Below are positions 14,441-29,072 of a stretch of DNA of 64,000 nt, piece after piece (position 1 is the stretch's first letter; every line of letters starts with the position of its first letter). Position numbers and translations under genes: made by a program. The stretch is from the NCBI RefSeq assembly GCF_006345805.1, contig NC_042999.1:31682001-31746000 (forward strand). Reading direction: 5' to 3'. The notes under the pieces are model-generated. The model searched no databases. It was not told where the DNA came from and saw only the letters and a program-made list of their open reading frames with translations. The DNA is from Octopus sinensis. Taxonomy: Eukaryota.

Positions 14441-15899
14441 AATTTATAAATAAATAAGAATATGTTTGTTTCTGACAATCTCTCCTAAAATAAACAAGGT
14501 TTTATCAATAAAGATGGATTGTATGATAAATATATGGAGCGAAAACTGATAAACCAAAAGTGTTATATAAAAAAAAGACAGAAAAATAACTGGGATTAAT
14601 TTGTGCGATTAAATACTTGCAGCTGATGTGTTAGTTGAGAGACTTAAACAAGTAAAATTAAAGTGTAAACAAATATTTAGTATAAACTGCTGTATTTCAT
14701 CACTGAAGGGAAAGCTAAATTGACCTTGGTTCGATTTGAATGTATTAATTCCACCGATTAGAACTTACAAGCCGACGGATATACCGCAATGTATTTTGTG
14801 GAAAGCTCTTTGCTTCCAATATATGTGCTACTGTCATAAAGTTTTGAGGATTTTATCAAAAATTTCTGTGCGAAATTTTCATAGTCTCAAACAAAACATG
14901 TCATTTTCACATTAGCCTGCACGTGGACGAAACTTTTTGACCGCTATCTTCAAAATTGCCTCGCCCTAGAACCGGACCGATTTTAATAAAGACAACTTTA
15001 ACAGCTGTTCAAATAATTCTGAAATCTGCACTCTGGATTTGTCACACTTTGTGAAACTTCTTAAGTCTCACTTGTGTGTATGAGCTTGTATCAGGGGTTG
15101 CGTGTGTTCGAGTGTATGTCTGTATGTGGGTATGGGCGAAATTAAACACTGATGATTTGGTTCGTATGTAATAGAAAACTGATACTTGTTCCGAGCGCCA
15201 AAGAAAAGAAAAACATTAAAAGGGAAAAGAAGCAATACACTTGGGATCGTTGTTCATGAAATAATCATTAATAATGCTTTACTGAACGCGCTTTGCATAA
15301 GAGTGTCTCCGTTGCAACAAGCAAGCACACAGACACAGAGATAAGCACACACTCACACACACAAATACACACACACACACACTCACAAACACAAACACAC
15401 ACACATGAACACACACACACATATGTCCGTATACATACACATGACTGTACATATACATAGACAGCCCTAAATATGAATATAACTGTGTATGCATATATTA
15501 ATAAATGCACACATATACATACAAAAACACATACGCACACAGTCACGCACATACACACCACACATGCACTCACATACGCACACACACGCAAACATAAACA
15601 CACATATGCATGAGTATGATGTATATGCATATGTTTATTTGAATTTTATGCCTGTTAATATCGTTGTTGAGTAGCAACGTATATATTTTTTTAATTGTGA
15701 TAAGAAAGGTAAAGATTATAGGCGAGTGTGGTTCTATTTATCAAACAAAAATTTAGAGTTGACACACCTGCATAAATATCGCAATTTGTCATGCATAATG
15801 TCTATAGTCCTTGCAAACACTGATTTGATAATTTGAATGAAATAATTTGTAGCAGAAAAAATGTTTCCGAAATAAGTACTTCAATGACATTTCATGAAA

Positions 15900-16565
15900 A
15901 GGATTGTATGAAAATGCTTTCGTTAGTTTTCCCTGGCGTTCGGACTTCTTAGCCTTTCGTAAATGTCTCAGGATGTTGTCATAGTAATCTACATTTGTGG
16001 TGTGAAAGTTTTGAAGTTATTCAACGCAATGTTTTTGCATCTAAAATAGTATGGCCATCATCTTCCATGCTGAGGAAATGACGTTATACCTTTTGTAGGA
16101 GTGAGGATGGATGGATCTTTTACTGGGTTTTCCAACACTCGTCCTGCATTAGAAAGCGTTTAAGGAAACCAGCTGGATCTGCCTCTAACAATGTTATACG
16201 TTACCGTGATGTGATCAACCTGGAGCGTGTTTGATCAAGTGTCAGAATACGTGAGGCCACCGAGCAGAAAACTTCATGTTATGTTCATTCTGTGGAATAT
16301 TCTCATCTCGCTCACGTGATGTGCTTATAGCCATGGCTGTTTGATATATAGTCAATCGCCTGTCATCTGTGACCACGTGGTTAACACGATCAATGCTTTC
16401 CTCGGTGGTGGCAGTAGGAGGAAACTTTCCAACAATGCAGAAAGTTTTTGAAACCTTTTACATTTTGGGTGCAAAGGCCTATCTTCAGAAGAATGCATTC
16501 AAAGAAATGTGCGTTTCCATTGTTCCTACCATTTAGGATAGCTGGACTGCCGTTTAGCCGTTTTA
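15900..16565 (-). mobile_element. mariner transposase pseudogene fragment
   Basis: Minus strand MKFSARWPH (16251-16277; mariner MxKVSARWVP), PPTATTE and TLLEADPAGF-like segments; frameshifted. Confidence 0.7.
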
Positions 16566-18383
16566 GCCTTGTGTTGTGGTAGCAGTTACAGTTCATGCTG
16601 GTGTTGTTGGTGCCGTAGTGGCCACGTTTATGACGGTGGTGCTTGAACAGTGATGGAAGGTAGTTTGTCATTTGGCATCAGTGGGGTGGTGAAGGCAGTA
16701 GTAGTAGTAGTAGTAGCAGCAGCAGCAGTAGCAGTAGCAGCAGTAGTAGTAGTACTAGTATTACTTGTTTATATCGGTGTTGCAGTATATGTTATTCTAG
16801 TTTGGCAACATCTTCATTTCGGATACTATCTGACTGCGGGCAGCATTCGACTGTCTTCTCCATCAGTTTTGTGTCGACCGGAAACGTATGAGAAAGGACG
16901 TTTCTGGTCTTGGGTGGTAGATCTATATGTAACTGGTTGAAAACAATCTGTTAATAAGCGGTTGCTTGTAAATGAAACCGCTTGCTGCTAATTTTCGGGA
17001 CGATTCTTTGATCTAAGAAGAGCTTCCCCCTTTCCCTTTTATTCGTTATAGAAGCTAAGACAAACGTCACGTGCATTAAGCTTCCATTTCTGACGGAACT
17101 ATCAAAGTAGTTAACTTATAGTCGCAATTATTAAAATGGTGCTGCTACGTTTCTACTTTCGTCATAGACATACACTTTGTATATACCTTAAATCAGTAAA
17201 CATGAATGGCATTACTATATTTAACTCTGATATATGACTCACTACCATGTGTCTCAGTGACATATGACTAACTGTCTCTGTAATCCTTCTCTTATTGACT
17301 AGGCAGTAACTATAGTATTAAGCACACACATAGATACTCACAGATATCTCTATACATTGGCGTGCATATACTTATACACACATCACCTGTACACTTTCTG
17401 TCCCATTTTCTCATTCCTCATTCCACCCTCTATATACTCAGTAAATATTTAATTTCTTTGTTACTACATTTCTTTTGTTACTTATGAACCTGGAAAAGTT
17501 CGATTCATAAAATACCTACTCTTAAAAATCAGCTTTAACAAATAGACAGAGAGTAAGAAGAGTGAACAAATATATAATACAAAGCTGGCCATAGCTATAT
17601 AATATGTGGAATACTAATAAAAATAATACGAAACAAAAACACATTTGTATAAGCATGGGATTAACTTTTTGTATTAACAATTAGTGAGCGTCAAGATTTT
17701 ATATCTTTTAATCAGTACAAGTGCTATGTATTATTAACACACGCTAAATCGCCGTAGCACACACTTAAATATATTGAAACACAAACACGCTCGCGCGCAC
17801 ATAAACACTTATATGAATAAATATAAGTACATGGAGTATGATACCTCGCATATATATAATGGTAATGAAAAGTTATAGAAGTGAACTCTTTTCAAGAAAC
17901 AACCGCGTAGGGCTCATTTTATAGAGCCCTTATATTAAAGTTTTAATTTGAAAGAGACAAGTTCCAAGATCAATAATACTCCTCATCGACGCCGACACAT
18001 ATCTAAACAGAGAGGGTATATATAAACTATTATAAGCATGCGAACACATAACATACAAAAACATATTATAGCATAATTATACTATTATATATACATATAA
18101 TAGTATAATTCCGTACCCAAATCGAAGTTGGATAAGTGATTGCATAAATACATACAGATAAATTAAGAAGTCGAAGCTAATGAGATAAGAGTTCCGAATA
18201 ATCCAAAAAACGAAGTTCTCAAGTGAATCAAATAAGTAGAAAGAATTTTACGGCAGTTTCCGGGAATGTGCGAAGAAGTGTGTTGGTAAGATCTTTTAAA
18301 CTTCAGTAATCCACGTTTCCTTCACCAGAGAATATGTACGGATTTAGAATTTTTATACAAAATCATAAAATTACTACTTTAAC

Positions 18384-18387
<4 letters not shown>

Positions 18388-18418
<31 letters not shown>

Positions 18419-18427
18419 ACGTATGTA

Positions 18428-18492
<65 letters not shown>

Positions 18493-18522
18493 GTATGTAT
18501 ATATATATATATATACGCATAT

Positions 18523-18576
<54 letters not shown>

Positions 18577-18608
18577 ATTATATATATATATATATACGCA
18601 TATATATG

Positions 18609-18662
<54 letters not shown>

Positions 18663-18691
18663 GTATACATATATATATACGCATATATATA

Positions 18692-18734
<43 letters not shown>

Positions 18735-18830
18735 ATATACGTATGTATATATATATATATTATATATATATATGCATATATGTATATATATATGTATATA
18801 CATATATATATATATATGAGTGTGTGTGTG
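18388..18830. repeat. Long degenerate (TA)n microsatellite
   Basis: Directly visible. Confidence 0.95.
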
Positions 18831-18835
18831 TACAT

Positions 18836-19017
18836 AGGCGGAGGCGTGTCTGTATTGTAAGAAACTTGCTTTCCCCCACACCTGATTCGGTGTTCAGTGG
18901 CACTGTGTGGCACTTTGGGCAAGTGTTATCTGCTGTAGCCACCGGCCGACGAAATCCTTCTGAGTGGTTTCGGTAAACAGAAACTGAAAGAAGCCTCTCG
19001 TATGTACATGTGTATAT

Positions 19018-19050
<33 letters not shown>

Positions 19051-19100
19051 AGTGTGAGTGCATGAGTGTGTGTGCATTTGTGTGTCTGTGTTTATTCCTT
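18836..19100 (+). mobile_element. Degenerate family B SINE
   Basis: AGGCGGAGGCGTG...GTGGCACTTTGGGCAAGTG...GAAACTGAAAGAAGCC, then (TG)n. Confidence 0.75.
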
Positions 19101-20139
19101 CACCGTAATTAGACTGCTCCTTACTGTTGGCTTTCTTTGATATCCGATCTGCTATTTCCTCCGTACTAGGTGTAGTTCATTATATAACATCATCCTTTTT
19201 AAGCACCTTATTGATAGGTCGTACTCTACTTTTATTAAAGTTAGAGCTTAGTATTAAATTGCTATCGTACCCTCCCCCAAATTTCAAAAGATATGCACTG
19301 AATAACCCTAAGTTCTGTGTATCTCTCTCCTCATCCCCTTGCCATTTAGCATTAGCTACAGATTCCTATACCCCGACCCTATGCCTAATTCGCTTGTATG
19401 ATTTTATTTTTCTTCAGCCTTACTTTTGATTCATTTGTTCTTCCTTTCTTTAGCCTTAATTTATATCATGACTTCTCCTTGCTTCCAACTGATCTAAGCC
19501 TACTATAATAAATTATCACCTACACCCCATTCCACTCTACCTATGAACTAATCTAGCCGACTCCTATCTAACCCGGGTCGCTGGTCTTAGATATAATTCT
19601 ACAGACTTTCAAGAACTACATTCTTAACCTCAAAAGCCCAACTTAATTGGTCATTCTTCCATCTCATATTTGGCCTCGAAAGACTTCAACAACTTCCCTG
19701 CTGTATTATTGTAATATTCTTTGTTAACTTACTTCTCATCTGATAATTACGGTCTCTTTTTATGGAGTTATGATCTATTAAACATTTACTCAATAACAGT
19801 TATATTGAGCTGGCAGTGATCCATCGTATATTAATACTAATTTGTCTATATTACACCAAGTGAATTTACAACTTGTCGGACACCCTACAGTATACCAACA
19901 ACGTACTATTCAAAGTAACGCGTGATTTGGGCCAACCCTTAGGCGCTAAACACTCATAGGGCTGGTTTTCTCTGTGTAAACAACTGAAATATCGTATTTG
20001 ATACTCACAAACCATAGGCAGGATTCACAGAGATTATTCAACCCTAATTGGCGCATATCTTTTCAAGTACTTGATTCTATTTGAATCCATATATATATAT
20101 ATTTTTTTCAAGTACCCCATTCGATCCGAATCCATATTT

Positions 20140-20183
<44 letters not shown>

Positions 20184-20186
<3 letters not shown>

Positions 20187-20903
20187 AATTATAAACAAGG
20201 GCAAAAGAAAAAAAATTCTAATGCCAAATATGCCGAAAATAGACAAATCGTCAATAACCAAATAATTTATCACTATAAGCACGCGTCTCGAAGTAAGCTG
20301 ACATAATTTTTTTTAAATTCCGTTGTTATCGTATCGTTCCCAATTTCAGAGTTAATTCATATGAATTGTCTCTTTCTCAGCGATAAATACTGTAAAAAAC
20401 AAATACAATACTTACTTATACCCATGGAGAAAGCAAACACTAAGTCATGAGCACACTTAAGGACCCCAAATATATACAAAATAGAAATTCTCCAGCACAC
20501 CTCAAGGCACGTACCGATTGGCCTGAAAACTCTCATAGAGTGAGAGAGTCTGGAAGTGAACACTATTAAATTTACATCTAATAGAGGCGTGCCGGAGAAT
20601 TTCTATTTTGGATATATTTGGAGTACTTAAGTGTTCTCATGACTTAGTGTTTGCTTCTTCAATGGGTATAAATAAGTATTCATTTGACTTTTACCGTATT
20701 TATCGCTGACGAGAGAAAATTCTTATGAATTAACTCTGAAATTGGGACCGATACGATAATAACGGAATTTTTTAGAAACTTCCATCGGCTTATTTCGAGA
20801 CGCGTGCTTATAGTGATAAATTATATGGTTAATGATGATTTGTCTATTTTCGGCATATTTGGCATTAGAATTTCTTTTTCTTTTGCCCATTTTTATAAGT
20901 TGT
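20184..20903. repeat. Long inverted repeat (~320-bp arms 20184-20503 / 20584-20903, 80-bp spacer) with degenerate HHR-like motif
   Basis: Arms are diverged reverse complements along their length; abuts (TA)n on the left. Confidence 0.88.
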
Positions 20904-23900
20904 TTATAAATTTAACTTTTAAAGATATTTTTAATATGCTGACCATTGATAGAATTTTTTTCGAAAACCTTTATCCTATATTAGATGTATATACATATAT
21001 ATGTATGTATGTATGTATATGTATGTTTTTGCTTATGTATTTGTGTGTATGTATGTGCGTAAGTATTATGATGAGGAACATATTCTGAGTATAATTAATA
21101 TAGCAGTTTCTTATCTGTTGTAATATTCCATTTTAGAGGTACTTAGGCAGATTAGCTTCCATTCGCACACCATTCAGGAGATGGGTATTTTTGTCATAGA
21201 ATTCTTCGGTCCCACATTTTCTGGGTTTTTGTTGAGATGTGCACTAAATTGATATTAGCGAAATGCGTGCATGGTTTTATACAAACCGTCACCACAATAA
21301 CCATATCACAGTTTGGCTTCCTCAATTAGTTAACTTGTTCTCATTGTAGTTATTCTAATATTTCTTAATTCATTGAGAAGCCAAACTACTGACAGTGGAA
21401 ATGAGTAGAGAATATGAAATTATTAGATGAAATTATGCACAGTGGTCATCCTTGAGTTATGTCCGCTATATTGATACAATTTGTGAACATTTGTCGAATC
21501 AATATCTTTCACGTGTGACAAAATGCAATTTACTATATAGAACTGATTCTTCCTCCTATCAGGAGATGGCGACGTAATAAGCTCAATGCCATTTGAAACA
21601 TATAGCATGCTTACCGGTTGCCTTTCATTGGTTATCCTTTTTTTTGCTGTGGATATTCTACATATATTTTAAGAAATACATGAAAAAGAAACCATATGTT
21701 TGAATTGAAATACAGTTTTGAGTCTGCAACAAAAACAAAACATCCTATCTTCTTGAAAGTTGAAGTGGGATTATGACAATAAATGCAGATATGTTAGATA
21801 TATCATCAGCATATTTAATAAGCTGCTGCACTTTGACAATTTCATGTAATGGACATGACAAAACCAGCTTTTATGATAGCTTATGTTTTGTCATCTTGAA
21901 TTTACATCATAACACAAATAGGCTTCTACTTGACTTTATTGCTAAGGCACGTTCCGGTTGTGATGCTTGGTTTCGTGCAATTGACAAGTACAACGTAACA
22001 TAATGAATAGCTATAAATCATTAGCTGTTCTTTTATAATGATCATGGCGTCTCTGACACAATCACACAGTCTCAGCAACAATATGGAAAAATAAGATAAA
22101 ATAACGTAAATGGCCACCTAGTCTAAGGACCGGCATTCCAGTTATTATAAAGGATCTGGAAATAGAAAAAGATATTCACTCGTTCGTTCCATACAAATGA
22201 ATGACTGTCGGAACATTCTTTGTTTCACATGTATCTTTCAGAACTTCAAATACGCAACCTCATAAACTGAAATGTTTTAGATATATAGACAACAAACCAC
22301 TCAGGGTTGCAAATGATAAACTTGACTTCCAAAACACATTACAAAAGCATTTCAATACATTTGGACGTGCAGCAAAAAGGAATATTAACTTAAGCAACAA
22401 AATTGGTTTGACGGAGAGAAATAGGAAGTTTAGTTTCAATCATACAATACATAAGAAATAGATATCTGATGAATACTGCAAATACAGAGTCGTTATATTT
22501 GAGTTACCATGTCAGTACTAAAGCCTTTATGAGGTATAGCAAAAATTTACGGACCGCACACTTGCAGTTCTACTCTCTTGACGACACAGGCATTCCCTTG
22601 GACTCATGACAGTTGACAAAGTGAAACATCCAGCAGACGACGGTTGATGGGAAAGAGGACTGGAGCAGCACTCACCTATCCATTACTGCTGAGTAATCTG
22701 GAACAACGAGAAATATAATCTTACTGGACGATACCTTTCGCTTGTCATTCTAAGCAGTAAAGACTCTATGCAATGATCATATTCTAAGCATTTTCATATG
22801 CAACATCACACACTTCGTACACACAGACATATAATTTTTCTCTAAAGCGCAAAGCCGGAGCTGTGTGCGGAATGTTATTGAAACTGATGTTCGCAGCAAT
22901 GTAGAAAAGGTAAAATTAATTTTTGTGGAAATTGTAACATAAAAGAAACGTGCTTAGTTTTAGCTGTGTTACTTATTTCCTTGGAGAAGACAAAATATGT
23001 ACTATATTTTATGGCAGATGTTTGGAATTATTGCACAGGGCTTCTTTTACTGCTACAATTTGTACTGTAATTACCGGTGTAATTGATGGGGAAATTGGAA
23101 TTGATATAATAAATGGAGCTGATACAATGTTATTCAACATTATATTTACTTTATTATTTAACTTACCTTAAAGCTGTCAGTTGTAACATATATAATGTCT
23201 AAAGTAATTTATGATTGTGGTCACTATGTATAAAACAACTTGACCTATGCACAGTGTAGCTCATTTAAACTGATCGAGTTCCCTAATACTCAGTAATACC
23301 GATATATTTGTGTTAAGCATCCATAACATTTTCATAACATTCTTAACTTTCTTAATCTTTATAGCCTTATAATTTCATCATTTATAATAATAATCATAGA
23401 ATGACTCTCTTTGTTCTTTTCAATATTTCGAGTATTCTAGTGGCACCCAATACGAATTCGAATATATGTTATATAAACTGGAATTTTTTTTTATTACTGA
23501 AAGTAAGTTTCGGCTTTGAGTTTCTCTTGTTTTCCGGTTCAATTCTGCGTAATTCAAAATTCATGCATTCAGATTTAAGATATTTGCTAGGAATATGATA
23601 ACTGATATTGTCTCACTTCAGTTTCATCAACTCTTGAAAAATAAATGGTGATCGGAGGGAAATGCACTCAAATCATACAACGCCGATGCAAAACACATGA
23701 AGCGTGTTGTTCTAAGAATTATAGTAATATCTCTTACAATACATCACTAAATTTTACAGTTTCTTTCTTCAAGCATTTCAAATATAAGATTATAACAGAA
23801 CTGGGGAATATCAAAAATAAGTTATTTATTACCGATAACTACATTTTTGTTTATTGGCCAATGCTTAGTTAGTTCCAGCAATATCTAAGTCATTCCATAC

Positions 23901-26900
23901 CAAGAAATTTTATTACCTACTTCAGTACTTCCTAGAAAAACGTGGTGATGAATTTACCACCAACTTTGTTACTGTGAAATGAAACCAACTGAGAGGGCGG
24001 AAGAGACGAAAAAATTGTCGAATTGAGTAGATTATCGGTAAATTATTTTGTCTATTCTTGTAAGACGAAAGACAGAGCGTTAGAACGAATAAAATAAGGC
24101 CTTCTAGGCGATACTCCAATGACTGTTATTAGATCTTGTATATGTTGTTTAAATACCAGTTATATATCATACAACTCTGGTGCTTAATGAATTATATTGA
24201 AAGATGGAAAATATTGATTGAAGGATTATATTAGCGAATGCATCGAGTTCAAATATTTATAAATGAAATGGGTATTATCATGGTCTTTACTTTTATTCGC
24301 ATCTTATTTGTAATAATCAATTGCTTATTCCTTCCCGAACAATATCGTTTGTTTAAATGATAGAAGTCACTATAATTTCGACTGTTCATGTCATACTTAA
24401 ATGAGAAAAAGCTTTTCTTGATATTTTTCAGTTTCAGGGAAATAGTGATTCTTAGGACAAAGACCTGACCTGAATGGTTGAAATAAAAAGAATACACTTA
24501 GTGCCCTCATGGGTCACGTGGTATAGTTTAACAAGTAGGTGATGCATTAAGTCTTTGTCACACTGGTGGTATTTAAATGTTGGATGCTGTTGCAAAAAAA
24601 ATTATATCTACCGTCTATGAAAAAGAGCGGTCTACTTCATTGGTGTCCACACATTTTCCATTTGCTTATACAAGTTTCGCTGCGTTTTGTTTTCATGGAA
24701 ATCCGAGGCTGTGATGGAGGGCGCTCGCCTTATACCACACTTTCAGAAGCTGCGATACAGTGATATTGGACTCGAAAGTACACTAGTCGAAATGAACGTC
24801 TTAAGAGCAACACCACCTGTGTATATAGATATAGCAGCCAAGCCCTGCTATTATCCCACATTTTTGTTTTATATACACGTAGATCTCCTACATGTCTGGA
24901 GAGCCTTTGACTTTCAACTCTGGGGTTAAACACTAAGAGCAACAACAAAAAAGCGATAACAACAGCAATGAAATTCTAGAATTGTATCAAAACATATTTA
25001 ACAATTTTTCTTAGATGCTTAATTGCCATGAGTAAGTAATTTGAATGATTTGTATATGATTCTTGTGATATTTTCAACAAGTCGTCTGTAAAAAATAATT
25101 ATTGTTATAGCATCCATTATTTTATGCACTTATAATGAAATGTCTGTTAAATGTGGAAATGGATAATGATTAATTCTTTGATTTTTCTCGTATATTGCCT
25201 AAAATCCTCTCCTTTGCAACGACGCACTTCACATAACAACTAAAGGCATTAAGAATCCTGCAAAGTAATCCATATTGATCTGCTACAAATACGAAATCTA
25301 AATGCTTTTCTATTAACAATAACTGCGTTTTTTATTTTCCCCGTTGGAAAACATTTTGAATTCTTAATAGGAAGAAAACAAATCAAAAAATGATAAGTCA
25401 TCCTATTCAACAGTAAAACATAAAAAAGCATTAGCTAAATCACATTTATTCGTAAAGAAATAAACATTAGATTGTAAAGGAACAACAACTGAAAAAATAT
25501 ACTTAAATGTGTCGTTCCATTGCCTGCGATAGTAAACATATAAGATTAAGAGTGCACTAAGCAAGGAAACAAAATAATCCAGTAATAACATTTCACAAAC
25601 TAAAGCATTCTTGTCATGTTGCCTTTAAAACGTTGTCTCGTGAGAGTCAACAAGGCGTCCATTTTTTTCTCTTAAATATATCGATAAATACATATATGGG
25701 ATTTCAGTTAGAGTGATCTTGCAAAATTTATTGCAAAAAATACTATTCGACGTGTGACATGATTTTATATAGTAGGCATATTTTTATGTGAAAATTGACT
25801 CTTTGTAAGGAAAATGCATAAATAAATAAATAAACAAATAAATATATATATATATAAATAAATAAATGCATTTGCAAAAGTTCAGCTGCTACCTCTCTTT
25901 CCCGGTTTGGTATAATGGTTGTAAGTTTATCATTTTAGCCATTGTCGTATATTGACAGATTCTATGAAGTCAATATTTGTTACTACTACATCGAAGTTGC
26001 CAAAACTTATCGGTAGAGAGAAAATAGGTGGATGTTGTTCAGTATATCATTCTTTGCATCAGTGATGTTCTAAAGCATATGACTCGCAGAATAACAAAAG
26101 TCACTTTAATATCGATAAAAATGTTTACAAGTACCATGGTATTCTCTTTATTTATTTATTTATTTACATTCTTCCTTTATTTATTTATTAATTTATTCAC
26201 TTATTTCTGTTTCAATATACATACATGCATGCACGGTAACATGCACACACTCACACACAGACTCACAGACACACACACATATTTATATATAATCATTTAA
26301 AAGGCTTACAGGGTATTATAAACGCAAAGTGATTGACATTTTCTATTTGTTGAAATAACTGCTAGACAGCAAATGGTAAGCACCTACTAAGCAACACTAA
26401 GAGGAGAACGGAATTCTCCACCTTTGTCTTTTATCCACACATACACAGTAGCTCTTTGTTCAAGAAAGGAATAGACATCACTCTATCTAAAACCCAAATT
26501 TAAAAGCTGTAAAATTTGTGTGAAAACAAAGTGAAAGAATATATGTTGGTCAAAAAGGAAGCAATAGTAAATAAATACAAATTCACAACCGCTACTAAGC
26601 GCGAATTTAATATTAACATATAGTAGGTTTCTCATATTTAATTTAATATTTAATTCAATAACAGCATATAGTAGGTTTCCCATATAGTTAAAGTCAGACA
26701 ATTGTATTCCAGGTAAGAAGCCATTTATTAAACAATATTCGATTAAACTTTCAGAGTAATTCCTTAGCATAAATAGTACCTTTAAATCCACCGTCAAGAA
26801 AAATCCGTGTCGTCGATTATTTCGATTCCTCTAAATCGTTTATACCAAAAGATCGAGAATGTATTCATTTATGAATTCATGCAACCCTTCTTTACTAATT

Positions 26901-26919
26901 ATAATATAAAAAATAAATG

Positions 26920-27163
26920 CGCCCTTTTAAAGCCTAGCCAGGCTCATGGGCCCGGTTTCCAGATTTATATGGCGTATATGTTCCCCAGCTGGATGGGACG
27001 CCAATCCATCGCAGCGTTACTCATTTTTGCCAGCTGAGAGAACTGGAGCAGCGTGAAATGACGTGTTTTGCTGCAGAACAAAACGCGTCGCCCGGTCCAG
27101 GAATGGAAACCACAATCTTACTATCAAGATGCTGATACCTTAACCACTAAGCCACGTGCCTCC
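26920..27163 (-). mobile_element. tRNA-derived SINE, family C (CORE-like plus V-like domain)
   Basis: Minus strand GGAGGCACGTGGCTTAGTGGTTAAGG (A-box), GGTTTCCATTCC (B-box-like), GCAAAACAC...GCTCCAG, CTGCGATGGATTGGCGTCCCATCCAG. Confidence 0.75.
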
Positions 27164-28676
27164 ACGTTACTAAATATACGGTTGTACGTATCCCGATTAA
27201 GTCTTACTATCACAGAAATAAATTATTATTTACAAATAATGCATTTCTTGTCTTAAATTCACCTCTTCATCTCTTTCCATTTCGTTTAAAATAAAAATGC
27301 CCATAGAAAGAAACATATATCTTTGTACCATTAAAATTTTTATATCTTTGGGGTTTGGCAAAATTCTACTTTCGAGGATGCTTACAATCTTTTGTGTAGC
27401 ATTTTATCACAAATATACCCTGTCAAATCATATAAATATGGAAGCTTAACATGATTCGTAGTAAACAGATACATGTTAGTTTCATCATGTTATAGTATCT
27501 CATCCTCATCGGAATCAAAACAGAAGCAAAGGGACTTTAATTATATTTCTGCTTAGAAAATCTAAATTCCCAATACCCTTATATAGATGAAATGTTGTAT
27601 AATGTGAGAATAATCATAAAAGAAAATGTTGTTAGAAGGTAAGTGATTTCCTGAACAAAGGAATATAATTTAAATTCTCACTTGAATTCATATTACCTTA
27701 TGCAATCATAATGGAAAAGCATTGGTACAACACTTATGAAAGAAAATTTCGTAGATGATATGTACCATAGTAAAACTAAGGGGAATTTAAAGTATCATTT
27801 TACTTAATGTGACGAGCACATACATGTTAACGTAACGAGACTATACCTGCATCTAAAAGAGGTGAAATTGTCAAAAAATTATCGACTCACAATCTGGAGA
27901 AAGAGCTAAAAATCATGCAGCTACATATGTAGCCAGGTATTATTAATAAGAATAATTAGTGCTATTTGTCTTTCGAAGGCCCATTATTTATGTAACTTCA
28001 TTTTCGATCATATAACATATATAAGCTTACTTTCCGTGTCATGATGAAAACAAATGTAAAACATGTTTTATTTCTAAAGGTTCGAATCGCGCTTCAAAGG
28101 GATAGCAGTACTATCACCTTCTAGACGACTCATCGAGAAACCAGTTCATACGTATGGATGACGCTCCCAGAAACCAGCCGCTGCTTTCGTTAAACTAAGA
28201 AGCTACTGCAAATTGTACAGAAAAACAACTATGTTTAGTTCCAGAAATTGCTCTCTTAAACATCGTTGCTGCGAGTTTGTGAGATTTGTATTGCAGTGCA
28301 TAACACATTGCTCATTTCAATTTGATAGACTACAACACCAGGATATCATTGAGAATTTTCATTTCTACTTAGGAATAGCTCTCAGCGAAATCTGCATCTA
28401 CTCACATCTTGCCGTTACCCAAATATTATATAAAATCGGAGCCTATGAAACAAATATCCTGTCAGAGCTATAGCGTCTTCCATCAAATGAGATTCTGAAT
28501 CATAGCTGACCATGTGACGTGAAGAAATACACTAAACAAAAATAAACTAAAGTAATGAAATAACTGGATATGGATATGTGTATACATACATACATACAAA
28601 AATTCCAGTGAAGATGCCTTGGATCTAAAGTTAGAAACCGATTCTTTCCCTATTAGCAAGAAATATATATATATTA

Positions 28677-28986
28677 CGGAGATGTACTTGCATAGCAAGT
28701 GACTTGCTCTGAGATCGTGTGCTGGAACGAAAACAATTGCAGCGTGGACGGTGTTTATAAGCCATTTAAGAAACACAGAAAACCGTTAGATTCACTTCAA
28801 CATTTAAATTTAATTTGTCAAAATATTTCCGTCGCTTTGAGATGCAGCACGAAGCTTTGTCAGTGAACAGGTCGCGGTGTCAAAGCGACGAAAATATTTT
28901 GACAAATTAAATTTAAATGTTGAAGTGAATCTAACGGTTTTCTGTGTTTCTTAAATGGCTTATAAACACCTTCCACGCTGCAATTG

Positions 28987-28987
<1 letters not shown>
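28677..28987. mobile_element. Fold-back PLE-like pLTR pair with G3:C8 hammerhead
   Basis: 28733-28840 is the reverse complement of ~28880-28987; ends in (TA)n; a second copy of the family is at 37667-37803. Confidence 0.8.
28856..28906 (+). ncRNA. Minimal hammerhead ribozyme motif, variant core GUGAACA
   Basis: TTTGTCA-GTGAACA-G-GTCGC ggtgtcaaa GCGAC-GAAA-ATAT-TT-TGACAAA. Confidence 0.72.
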
Positions 28988-29054
<67 letters not shown>

Positions 29055-29072
29055 GAGTAGTGAACGGCCAAA

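Noticed and set aside
21100-23900. Repeat-poor region with possible exons (e.g. minus-strand SKYLKSECMNFEL, TIR-domain-like)
   Set aside because: Frequent stops in the frames checked, no consistent splice structure, and the match is too short.
25403-25591. ORF with signal-anchor-like N-terminus (P450-like start)
   Set aside because: No proline hinge or downstream motifs; hydrophobicity is expected from AT-rich DNA.
28600-28650. GTGAAGA-TGCCTT...AAAGTTA-GAAA-CCGATT hammerhead-like fragment
   Set aside because: Unpaired G3/G8 and no stem I; at best a decayed remnant.
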